Assembly (NCBI GenBank): GCA_028534125.1
Contig: CM052816.1
Location: 86,554,001 to 86,618,000, forward strand
From: Lama glama
Taxonomy: Eukaryota
Reading direction: 5' to 3'
DNA: 64,000 nucleotides
The notes under the pieces were generated by a model. The model was not told the DNA's origin, searched no databases, and saw only the letters and a program-made list of their open reading frames with translations. Of this stretch, positions 38,621 through 50,640 are shown piece by piece (the stretch's first letter is position 1; every line of letters begins with the position of its first letter). The translations under genes and the position numbers were made by a program.

Positions 38621-40519
38621 TTCTATCATCATCACCATCGCATCATCATGTTATAAAAATGACTACAACCACTTTATAAAGAATTTGAACTGTATAGCTT
38701 GTTAAAGTTATTAACTCTAGCTACATATATAAAGTTAGGAATATAAAGTTAGGAAGTCAATATGGTAAAAAGGAATGAGTCACTTTCTTTAACTCTTTGA
38801 TTGCTCATGACCAGTTTGCACTTGATACTGAAGTATATAAGCAGGCTGCTGGTTTTTGGCCAAAATGGTGAATTAACCCAGGATGCCAGCCAGCTTCTCG
38901 CCACAAAGTATACCCTACTGATGTCAAAAAAGACCTTAAAAATGGGCGTTAAAACGCTAGATGATAGATACGCATGGGATATTTTAGAGGACTAAGGAAA
39001 GTTACAGCATGCCAAAGTTCTATCTGGGGAAAAATATAGATATTGAGTACAGGGGATCCCTGTTCAATTTAAGGCCTACTCTAGAAAGAGCTAGGTTGCT
39101 AAAAGTGTTTCTGATCAAAGAGATCAACCTCTGCAGTTTTCCCATAAATGTACCAGTCTTTCTGCTCAGACATCAGTTGCTAAAAACTCAAAAATGTTAT
39201 GATTATGCAATAGTATAAAGTAGTAGAGTGATGTTGACCAAATTAAGTGAGAAAAACATCAAAATATCAGGTGCAAGTAAGAAACTAATTTAAAGCTCAA
39301 TCATATATACATATACACAAATTTATCCACATATATATTCAAAGAAAAAACCTCACACAAACATATATTGTATATTTAACAATTTAACACCATACTTACA
39401 GGTATTCCAGTGTAATTTAATCATCTGACTTCAGTAGACTTTGTCCTCTTTTAACCAAAGCATCTCAGTATTCCTTCCCCTCCTTAATAGCCACCAGCCT
39501 TTATTTGGGCTTAGGGTGTTGAGAGAATAATTTGGTTACAATAAACAGCTCAAATCCTAATTAACCCTAATTTAATTTATAAGATCCAGGATTGAAAAAA
39601 TTTTCCTATTTGGTGGAAGAAGGAAAATGTATACATCTTTATACTAAAGAAGAGATCACAAAGTAACTGAAATCTTTTAACACTGATGTAGTAATACAGA
39701 CCCAGAAAAGAACAAGGTCTAATTGCTACTAGATGTTTTCAAACATCCAATTTTGCAAAACACAATTGTCCTCCATCCTTTGTTTCTTCTGCTGATTCAT
39801 AATAACTTCTTAGAGACAATTTGCTACCCCAGAACAATTCTATAAACTTACCATTTCCATGCTCAAATCAAGCTCTTAAAATCAACTCCCTTCACAACAT
39901 TCTCATTTTAATATAGAGAATCTGTGTGCATAACTTGGCAACCGGGAAGTGTTTCCTGGATGACAAGTCTAAAGCTACCTGATTTTCTTCTCAGTGTGTT
40001 ACAACCATCTTAAGTTTCCCTGATATAAATTTTGCAAAGAATCATGCAATTGCTTTGCATTATCTCTTACCTACAACAGTTAATGTCAAAATAACCCATC
40101 TGTTTATTTATGGTTTTCACTGTCCTTATGAAATTGGTTCTGTTTTTAATGTTATTTGTTCAGTTTTATAAATAATTATGGATATATATTTGAAAAATAC
40201 TATTAGAACTGGAACATATTACTGTGTTTTATGGTCAATTTTACTCCTTCTCATTTTAGTCCTAAAATCATCTACAGACTTTCCCTGAATAGATTTTAGC
40301 TCTACCACATGTGGCTATATTTCCAAGTTCTTTTTACTTCATTTGCAAATGGATTTTCTCTTTATATTGTCAATGCATGGGGTGCAAACTCATTATCAGA
40401 GCAAATGGAAGTGGTATCTGCACACTGCAGCCTTTAATAGAACTTTAAGTCTACTGTTCAAATGCTGAATTCTTCATCCACTTCACACTTACATTTATAA
40501 AAAAGGCAAAACAGTCCAT

Positions 40520-40526
<7 letters not shown>

Positions 40527-40574
<48 letters not shown>
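40527..40574. repeat. (TC)n microsatellite
   Basis: About 24 TC units with one interruption. Confidence 0.95.
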
Positions 40575-41099
40575 CCCCCACAGGATGTTCCTATCCTCTA
40601 TACATTTTACATAACTTACTAAGATTGGATTTAAAAATTAAAATATATATAGTCCCTTCTGTTGACCAATATCTTATCATCACAAGTCTCCCACTGATTA
40701 ATCTTGCTAATTTACCAACCTTTGGATAAAGATATGCGGTCAACATCAAGTATCATTATAAAACTTGTCATTCATATTAGCAGAGATGTTGAACAAAAAA
40801 AATTGATCCAGTTAGTGTAAGAAAACAAAAAACAATATGGTAATTAAAAAACAAGCAGGAAGATGATACAACAAGATGGTAGAAATGAATCCTAAATTAT
40901 CAGCAACTACAGTAAATGCTAAATTTAAAGTAACTGGTTAAAGATAGAGAAAACAGAATTTGATTGAAAAATAATTCATTATATTATTTCCACTGACACA
41001 TTTAAAAATAAAAGACATGGAAAGCTTAATAATAAAATTATAGAAAAAAGTAGGTCAAATAAAGGAAAGAAAAAACTGTTAAAGTGCTGTTTGATGTAA

Positions 41100-42455
41100 T
41101 CAATGTCCAAGTTAAACATACATATAGAAAAGTGTACAAAATAAAGGTATACAGCTTGATATATTTCCATAAAAAGAAGAAACAAATTTCCCTCATGAGA
41201 ACTTCCAGCCACTCACTTTCCCCAAGGACAACCATTATTTGGGTTTCCAATGCTATGGATTCATTTTGCCTGTTTTTGAACTGTTTACAAACACAGTCAC
41301 ATACTATGCATCACTTTGTGTCTGATTTTATTGCTCCAATTTTGTTTTCAACATTTATTCAAGTTTTTTCACATAATTGTAGCTTGTTCATTCTCATGGC
41401 TCTCTCATGTTCCACTGAATTAATTATCTATTGCTTATAAAATAAATTACTTCAAAACATCAGAGCTTAAAGAAACAAACTATTATTACAGCTTCTGTGT
41501 GTCAAGAATCCAGACAGAACTTAGCTGAGTAACTGTAGTTCAATGTTCTGACACAAGGCTGCAGCCCCAAGGATGAGCCATGTGACAGTTAACTCAAAGC
41601 TTTCTTTAAAGGAGGAACATCTGATCTCAGGCTAACTCATATGGTCCACTCTGGATGTTGGACAGAGGTATTGGTTCTATGCCTTGTGAGCCCCTTCATG
41701 GGGCAACTCATACCATGGCAGCTGGCTTCTCTCAATGAGAGTAGGGAAGTGAGAGAGAACACATAAAGCAAAAGCCACAGTCTCTTTTTACTTAATCTCA
41801 AAACTGAAATTCTATCACTTTTCTTCTATTCTATTGGTTGGAAGTGAGTCATTAGTTTCAGTCCACACTCAAAGGGAGGTGACTACATAGATTGTAAATA
41901 CCAGGATTCAGGCATCATTGGAGGCCATCTAAGAGGCTGCCTACTGCATCCACTATATAAATATATCACTCTTTACTTATCCAACCTAAAGTAGATGCAT
42001 ACTTGGGTTGAGTTTTTAGCTATTGTGAAAGGAACTTCTAGGAACTGTCTTATACATTGTTTGGGGAGAAATGTGGGCATGTTTTTATTAGTTTATACTT
42101 AAAAATGGAATTTTTGGTTTACAGGGTATATATATGCGTATATGTATATGTATACATATATATATGCACATATATCCAGTTTCTTTAAAAACTTCTAAAT
42201 CGTTATCCAAAGTAGTTTCAAAAATTCAAATTCTAACCAGCAGGGTATAAAAAAGTTAATAATTTTAATATAATCTAATATCTTGACTATTTCCTTTATT
42301 TTAGTGTCTGTGTATCATTATAAATAATCTCTACATAACCAAGACCCCAAAGATGTTCTCCTATGTTATCTTCTATAATGTTTTTTATTTAAGTTTCATG
42401 AATCATCTAGATTAGATTTGAAATGTATTTTTGTGTATATTGGGAGTTAGAAGTT
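41100..42455 (-). mobile_element. Old L1ME/L1MD 3' region (antisense), host of MLT1F and the young L1
   Basis: ttttgcctgtttttgaact, ctttgtgtctg, aaagatgttctcctatgttatcttcta; the sequence resumes across the MLT1F insertion. Confidence 0.65.
41416..41948 (-). mobile_element. MLT1F-like MaLR solo LTR with 5-bp TSD
   Basis: 533 bp, TG...CA; catggcagctggcttc, attctattggttggaagtgagtca, ggccatctaagaggctgcctac; TSD TCCAC at 41411-41415 and 41949-41953. Confidence 0.85.
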
Positions 42456-42465
42456 AAGATATATA

Positions 42466-43730
42466 GGGAAGAGGCCAAGATGGCATAGTAGTAGGATGCT
42501 CGTGGCTCACCCTCTCCCACAGATACACCAAGACTCACATCCACAGACCCACTCAGCCAACCAGAGCACCTGTGGAACTCTGACAGAATATTGTCCTCTT
42601 CAAAAGACAAAGATACCAAAAATCTAGTAGGAGAAAAGAAAGAAGAAAAGGCAAAACAGTGCGGGACCGGTCCCACCGGGAGGGAGCGGCAAAGGAGGAC
42701 TGGCGCCTGCTCGCTGGGTCTCCCCTCTCCAATGGAGAGGCCAGCGGGATGGAGGGGGAGCCTCTGAGGCTCAGATCTGTGCAGAGCAGCCCTTGACTGA
42801 CAGAACTAAGTTAAATGGGCACAGAGGGTCCCCACGACACCCAGCCAGAGACCTGAGCCGGCAGCTGGGGGCCGGGACAGGTTGCCCGAGCCGGGCAGAG
42901 GAGAGTGGACGGCTGCACTGAGGCAGCACTGGGGGACCGCAGGGGGTTGTGCAACGTGGATGAGTGGATGCACAGGGCAGAACAACCTGGGCCTTCCATA
43001 TAATAGCATGGCTGATGTGCCTTGAGGGGAAGGGTGCATACCCCCATTTCTGAAAACCTGCAGAAGGTTTTCGCGGAGGAGAGGGGGTGCTCAGGCAAGG
43101 CCGCCATATACTCTGGCGCTTGGCACCCAGGCGGGGGTGGAGGTGAAACCTGAATCCTCGCCTGGGGGCTTAGCAGCCTCAAAGGACAGAAGGTGAGTTG
43201 TTTGCAGCCCGAGTCAGATAGAATCTTTTCACCCGGTGCCTCGCAGAGTTCGTGCCACCAGGACAAACAAGGAGCTGAGTTTGGGCATGGAGCAGGGACA
43301 GGGCTGTTCTGCGGTCTCCCTGGGGCCTGCCTGCAGAGCGCCGACCCAGGGCAGAGCGCACAGCCACACGGACTGCACAGCGGCACAGAGCTGCGGAGGG
43401 ACCAGTGCCGGGAGATGGTGTGTGGCCCCAGCCTTTCCGGCAGGAACACTACACCTGACCCAGTGCTGGGAGGGGGTGCAATCCGCCCACACGTGTGGCC
43501 AGTCTGGAACATCTGACTGCGGCATCGGGAGGGGCAGTGACCCGCCTGCCCACAGCGAAGGACAGCTGCACCTGACCCAGTGCTGGGAGGGGGCACGATC
43601 GGCTTGCCAACAGGCACTGGGAGCAGCACAGATGAGGGCACCAACGGAGGGCCTCTGGAAACAGCAAGCTGAGATCGCGAAACAGGGCGAAGATAGAAAG
43701 ACTTCTCATTAAGAGCACACAGTCTCCAGG
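42466..43730 (+). promoter_or_regulatory. L1 5'UTR internal promoter, CpG-rich
   Basis: YY1-type CAAGATGGC at 42476-42484; CpG-rich 42650-43700; repeat cacctgacccagtgctgggagggg at 43452 and 43569. Confidence 0.8.
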
Positions 43731-43771
43731 AGAACACCCCTCCCCCCTTTTTATTTTAATCTGTTTTCACC

Positions 43772-44455
43772 TGTTCTATTTTCTATTACCTTTTAAATTT
43801 TTACTTTTAAACAACTATATACCCTCCCAGTTTTAATCCCTTTAAAATTTTTCTTTTAAAATAATATTATTTTTAAAAATCCATGTCATGTCATTTTTAT
43901 TTCTCTTGGTTTTGATCTCCTGTTATTGATTATACACAGGTTTCAAATATATTATTTTTCCTCTTTTCTCCTTTTTTAAAGGTCTTTAAGAGATGTCTCA
44001 ACCCAATTGCTATTCTGCTTCAACTTGCTCTTTTATTATTCATTATACACTGTTTTCAAACCTTTTTTTCTTCCCTTTTTTAAAATTCTCTCTTTATCAT
44101 ATCTCTTTTATCTGTCCTATTTTTTATTACCTTTTTAATTTCTACTTTTTAAACAACTGTATATGCCTCTAGTTTTAATTCCTTTTAAAATTTTCTTTTA
44201 AAGTAGTTATATTATTATTATTTTTAAAAACCCACCTGATTTCATTTTCATTCCTTTTGGTTTTGATCTCCTGTTATTGATTATACAGAGGTTTCAAATA
44301 TTGTTTTTTGATCTTTTTTCCTTTTTTTTTTAAGGGTTTTTAAAAAGACATCTCAACTCAAATGCTAGTCTGATTCAAATTGCTCTTCTATAATTGATTA
44401 TACACTGTTTTCAAACCTTTTTTTCCCTCCCTTCTTTTAAAATTTTCTTTCTCTC
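43772..44455 (+). repeat. Diverged ~350-bp tandem duplication in the T-rich L1 5'UTR
   Basis: Anchors aaacaact 43809/44151, tttgatctcctgttattgattatac 43911/44262, tacactgttttcaaacc 44046/44401. Confidence 0.9.
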
Positions 44456-44572
44456 TCTCTCCTTTTTTTTTTAAGTTTTATTCCTACATAGGCATTAGAT
44501 AGATAAATAAATCAACTCCTTAAGGATCACAATAGATAAGTGATACTCCATAAGCCACAGTGCCAGAGAGAT

Positions 44573-45454
44573 ATGAGCAAGAAGAAGCAGAGAAACCACT
44601 CCCAATTAAAAGAACAAGAGAAATCCCCTGAAAGAATGATCAATGAAATAGACATTGATAGCTTACTAGATCAAGATTTCAAAAAAGGAGCAATCAAAGT
44701 GTAGAAGGAACTAAAAGAGATAGTGTTTACAGATAAAAAATATGTCAAAAATGAAATTGAAGTTATACAGAAGAGCCAAGCAGAACTGGCAAACTCATTG
44801 GCTGAGATGAGAACTGATCTAAAGGCTGTGCAAAGCAGACTAGATAATGCAGAGGAACGAATAAGTGACCTAGAAGACAGGACAACAGAAAGCACCCAAT
44901 CAGAACAACTGCAAGATGAACAAATAAAAACAAATGAAAACAACATAAGGTACCTATGGGATAATGTAAAGCATCCCAATCTTCGCATAATAGGGGTCTC
45001 AGAAGGGGAAGAAAGATCAAAGGGTATTGAAAAGGTATTTGAAGAAATCATGACTGAAAACTTCCCAAACTTAAAGAAGGAATCAGATATTCAAGTACAG
45101 AAGGCTCAGAGGGTCCCAAACAGGAAGAATCCAAATAGATCCACACCAAGACATATTATAATCAAGATGGCCAGATTCTAAAGGCAACAAGAGAAAAGCA
45201 AAGAGTGAGTTACAAATGAACCCCCATAAGGCTCTCAGCTGACTTCTCTACACAAACACTACAGGCCAGAAGGGAGTGGCAAGATATATTCAAAGTCCTG
45301 AATGAAAAAAAAGATGCAGCCTAGGATACTTTATCCAGCAAGGCTATCCTTTAGGATAGAAGGAGACATAAAGAATTTCACAGACAAGCAAAAACTACAA
45401 GAGTTTAGCAACACTAAACCCATGCTAAAAGAAATACTGAAATGTCTACTCTAA
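44573..45454 (+). pseudogene. L1 ORF1p (disrupted)
   Basis: MSKKKQRNHSQLKEQEKSPE..., premature TAG at 44702, coiled coil RLDNAEERISDLED, NLRIIGVSEGEE, TPRHIIIKM, frameshift near 45175, ARREW, YPARLSF; stop at 45452-45454. Confidence 0.92.
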
Positions 45455-45764
45455 ATAGAAAAGCAGCAGGATGCTACCGAAATGAGAAACTCGTAACTGG
45501 AAAGGTGATAACTCATGAATTACAAATAAAATAAACATGAAATTCTAGAATAAGACAGCTAAATCATTAAGAGTGGGAGAGGGAAGCAAGAACATACAGA
45601 GTATTTTTTTTCTTTCTTTTTAAAAATTTTTGTGGTTTGGTAATTTTCATTATCATGGACTTTATTTAGTTTTTGTGGCTCCCTTGTAAGTTTTTGGCTT
45701 GTGGTTACCCTTTTTATTATAAGTCTATTAGCCCATTCGAGTCTATGTCTCAAACCCATCCTAC

Positions 45765-48700
45765 CACCCAATATAGGAGCACTTAAGTACATAAAACAGC
45801 TACTAATAGAGATAAAGGGGGATATTGATGGGAATACAATCATAGTCAGAGATTATAACACTGTATTGACATCACTAGAAAGATCTTCCAACAGAAAATA
45901 AATAAGGCAACAGAGAAATTAAATAATACAGTAGAAAAATTAGATTTGGTGGATATTTTCAGAGCATTACACCCCCCCAAAATAGGATATACATTCTTTT
46001 AAAGTGCACATGGAACATTTTCTAGGCTTGATCATGTACTTGAGCACAAAAGAAACCTCAACAATTTTAAGAAGACAATTATCTCAAGCATCTTTACTGA
46101 CCACAATGCCATGAAACTAGAAATCAACTACAGAGAAACAAAGGAGAAAAAAAAGGAAAGCATGGAGATTAAACAATATGCTATTAAAAAACAGTAGGTC
46201 AATGATGAAATCAAAGTTGAAATTAAAAAATACCATGAGACAAATGAAAATGAAAGCACAACCACACGAAATTTATGGGATACAGCAAAGGCAGTGCTAA
46301 GAGGGAAGTATATGGCGATACAGGCCTTCCTCAAAATAGAAGAACAATCTCAAATAAACAATCTAACCCACCAGCTAAAAGAATTAGAAAAAGAAGAGCA
46401 AAAAACCCCAAAAGGCAGCAGAAGGAAGGAAATGATAAAGATCAGGGAGAAAATACACAAAATAGCGATTAAAAGAACCATAGAAAAAAATCAATCAAAC
46501 CAAAAGCTGGTTTTTTGAAAAAGTAAATAAAATCGACAAATCTCTGGCCACATTCACAAATTAGAAAAAAGAGAGAGCACAAAAGAGAAAATAAGAAAAG
46601 AAAATGGAGAATTTACAACAAATAACATAGAAATGCAGAATATCATACAAGAATATTATGAAAAACTATATGGAACCAAACTGGATAACCTAGATGAGAT
46701 GGACAAGTTTGTGGAAACATACAGTCCACCAAGACTGAACCAAGAAGAAACTGATCACTTAAACAAACCGATAACTAGAAATGAAATCAAATTAGCAATA
46801 AAAAACCTCCCTACTAATAAAAGTCCAGGACCAGTCGGCTTCACCAGGGAATTCTACCAAACATACAAAGAACTCATACCAGTCCTTCTCAAACTCTTCC
46901 AGAAGATTGAAAAGGAGGGAATACTCCCAAACTCATTCTATGAAGCCACCATCACCCTGATACCAAAACCAGGCAAAGACACTACCAAAAAAGAGAATTA
47001 TAGGCCTATATCACTGATGAACATAGATTCTAAAATCCTCACCAAAATATTAGCAAATAGAATCCAATCGCACATAAAAAAGATTATACATCATGACCAA
47101 GTGGGGTTCATCCCAGGGACACAGAGGTGGTTCAACATACGCAAATCTATCAACGTAATACATCAAATCAACAAGAGAAAGGACAAAAACCACATGATCA
47201 TCTCAATAGATGCAGAAAAAGCATTTGATAAAATTCAACACCCATTTATGATAAAAGCTTTCACCAAAGTGGGTATAAAGGGAACATATCTCAACATAAT
47301 AAAAGCTATATATGACAAACCTACAGCCAGCATAGTACTCAATGGTGAAAAACTCGAAAGTTTCCCACTAAAATCTGGGACAAGACAAGGATGCCCACTA
47401 TCACCGCTCCTATTCAACATAGTCTTGGAAGTCCTAGCCACAGCAATCAGGTAAGAGAGGGAAATAAAAGGGATCCAAATTGGTAAAGAAGAGGTAGAAG
47501 TGTCACTATATGCTGATGACATGTTACCACACATAGAAAATCCTAAAAAGTCCACACAAAAACTACTAGAGCTGATTAAAGAATTCAGCAAGGTAGCAGG
47601 TTACAAGATTAATGTTCAAAAATCAGTTGCATTTCTTTACACTAATGATGAATCAACAGAAAAAGAAAATAAAGAAACAATCCCCTTTAAAATAGCACCC
47701 AAAGTAATAAAATATCTAGGAATAAATCTAACCAAGGAGGTGAAAGAATTATACACAGAAAACTATAAACCAATGATGGAAATTAAAGAAGGCTCTAAAA
47801 ATTGGAACGATATCCCATGCTCTTGGATTGGAAGAATCAATATTGTTAAAATGGTCACACTGCCCAAGGGAATCTACAGATTTAATGCAATCCCTATCAA
47901 ATTACCCAGGACATATTTCACAAAACTAGAACAAATCATAATAAAATTTATATGGAACCACAAAAGACCTAGAATTGCCAAAGCATTACTGAAGAGAAAG
48001 AAAGAGGCTGGAGGAATAACTCTCCCAGTCTTCAGACAATACCATAGAGCTACAGTCATCAAGACAGCATGGTACTGGTATAAAAACAGACATATAGACC
48101 AATGGAACAGAATAGAGAGCCCAGTAATGAACCCATAAACTTTTGGTCAACTAATCTTTGACAAAGGAGGCAAGAATATACAATGGAATAAAGACAGACT
48201 CTTCTGCAAATGATGTTAGGAAAACTGGACAGCAGCATGTAAATCAATGACACTAGAACACTCCCTTACACCATACACAAAAATAACTCAAAATGGATCA
48301 AAGACTTAAACATAAGACAAGATACAATTAACTTCCTTGAAGAAAATATAAGCAAAATGTTATCTGACATACATCTCAAAAATGTTCTCCTAGAACAGTC
48401 TACTCAAGCAATAGAAATAAAAGCAAGAATAAACAAATGGGACCTAATTAAACTTACAAGCTTCTGCACAGCAAAGGAAACCATAAGTAAAACATAAAGA
48501 CAATCTACAAAATGGGAGAAAATTTTTGCAAATGAAACCAACAAAGGCTTGATCTCCAGAATATATAAGTAGCTCATAATAAGAAGAAAACAAACAACCC
48601 AATTCAAAACTGGGCAGAAGATCTAAACAAGCAATTCTCTGAGGAAGACATACAAATGATCAATAAGCACATGAAAAAATGCTCAATATCACTAATTATC

Positions 48701-49125
48701 AGAGAAATGCAAATCAAAACTACAATTAGGTATCACTTCACACCAGTCAGAATGGCCATCATTCAAAAATCCACAAATGACAAATGCAGGAGAGTCTGTG
48801 GAGAAAATGGAAACCTCCTACATTGCCGGTGGGAATGTAATTTGGTGCAGCCATTGTGGAAAACAGTATGGAGATTCCTCAAAAGACTAAAAATAGACTT
48901 ACCATATGACCCAGGAATCCTGCTCCTGGGTGTATATCCAGAAGGAACCCTACTCCAAAATGACACCTGCACCCCAATGTTCATAGCAGCACTATTTACA
49001 ATAGCCAAGACATGGAAGCAGCCTAAATGTCCATCAACAGATGACTGGATAAAGCAGCTGTGGTATATTTATACAATGGAATACTATTCAGCCATAAAAA
49101 CCGACAACATAATGCCATTTGCAGC
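45765..49125 (+). pseudogene. L1 ORF2p (disrupted; endonuclease N-terminus deleted)
   Basis: Begins at PNIGALKYIKQLL (mid endonuclease); [53 protein letters not shown]; stops (e.g. 47452-47454) and frameshifts. Confidence 0.95.
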
Positions 49126-49625
49126 NNNNNNNNNNNNNNNNNNNNNNNNNNNNNNNNNNNNNNNNNNNNNNNNNNNNNNNNNNNNNNNNNNNNNNNNNNN
49201 NNNNNNNNNNNNNNNNNNNNNNNNNNNNNNNNNNNNNNNNNNNNNNNNNNNNNNNNNNNNNNNNNNNNNNNNNNNNNNNNNNNNNNNNNNNNNNNNNNNN
49301 NNNNNNNNNNNNNNNNNNNNNNNNNNNNNNNNNNNNNNNNNNNNNNNNNNNNNNNNNNNNNNNNNNNNNNNNNNNNNNNNNNNNNNNNNNNNNNNNNNNN
49401 NNNNNNNNNNNNNNNNNNNNNNNNNNNNNNNNNNNNNNNNNNNNNNNNNNNNNNNNNNNNNNNNNNNNNNNNNNNNNNNNNNNNNNNNNNNNNNNNNNNN
49501 NNNNNNNNNNNNNNNNNNNNNNNNNNNNNNNNNNNNNNNNNNNNNNNNNNNNNNNNNNNNNNNNNNNNNNNNNNNNNNNNNNNNNNNNNNNNNNNNNNNN
49601 NNNNNNNNNNNNNNNNNNNNNNNNN
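49126..49625. other. Assembly gap (500 N)
   Basis: Run of N. Confidence 1.
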
Positions 49626-50141
49626 TTCACTCTGGAGGAACAGTGACTTTACATGAGTGAAGAAACCAGCTCAAGCAATGAATATTGAGCTGCCTTGAAC
49701 ATATTTTATAAATATAAAAAAGCAGTCTAAATTCATCAAACATTTAAGAAAAATTATCGTGTTACCTAGGCATCAAACTGAAACAAAATCCTTAAAACAA
49801 ACACACAAACCAACAAATAGGGGTATCAATATCTAAGAAATAATGTTTAAAATGAAAGGTGAGATACAGAGAAAGGAATAAAAATCTAATTTGCTTCCAC
49901 AAATTTATTTTGGAAATGTACTCTGCTTATGTTCCATTTTCAGCCTAGCTTTCTCCTAGTTCATAATTTAGTCTCTGATAATTCAGTCACAGTTTTGCCC
50001 TGTGTTGGTAAACAAATCTTTAATTTTGCTTTAGACAATAGTTTTTCTATTTTAACTTATGATTATTTCTGGTAGATTTGCTTATATAAATCCAACTCAT
50101 TAGGACCCGATGCAAAAACATAGGCATTTGAATGGTACTTT

Positions 50142-50640
50142 ATATCAGTTAGAAATGCTTTCTAGACAAAGATTCAGTTAGTCAACCTGTCACCTGGAAA
50201 TAGGTGGTCTCAGGGTTGGCAGGTTAACAATTTCACCAACAGCTCAACATCTGTCCACTTGCTCTCTTGTCTTCAGTGTCCTGGCACTTTACCCGTCTGT
50301 TCATTGCTTACGTTCACAAAATGACTGCGGCAGCCTCAGAACTATTGTTCCATTCATGACAGGACAGAAACACACTGGCGAATGTGAACCCTTTCTCTGA
50401 TGTATGTCCCTTTTATAAGAGGGAACTTCCGTGTAAGCTTCCAGAGGAGTGTCCCTACTTTTTCATGGACAATGCTTGACACTGCAAAAAACAACTTCTT
50501 TCTTAAAATCAAAGAACATGACACTAGTCCCTTGAAAGAGCAAAATAAAACAACAACAAAAGCATAAATAATTTTTTTTCCCCAAAAATCTTGGCTGTGA
50601 AGTAAAGGAATACAATGCTGTGGCAATTAAAGGACAGATG
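50142..50640 (-). mobile_element. MLT1J-like MaLR LTR
   Basis: tatatcagttagaaatgcttt...cacaaaatgactgcggcagcctcag...tgtcccttttataagagg. Confidence 0.6.

Larger units (their letters stand above)
42466..49125 (+). mobile_element. Near full-length camelid LINE-1, inactivated; 3' end lost in the gap
   Basis: 5' GGGAAGAGGCCAAGATGGC after a TT/AAGA target, GC-rich 5'UTR, ORF1, then ORF2 with RT (YADD) and a C-terminal Cys-rich domain. Confidence 0.97.

Noticed and set aside
46633..48138. Reverse transcriptase ORFs as a novel RT system
   Set aside because: Ordinary LINE-1 ORF2 fragments with stops and frameshifts
49060..49660. Long ORFs spanning the second gap
   Set aside because: Composed of X residues from the N run
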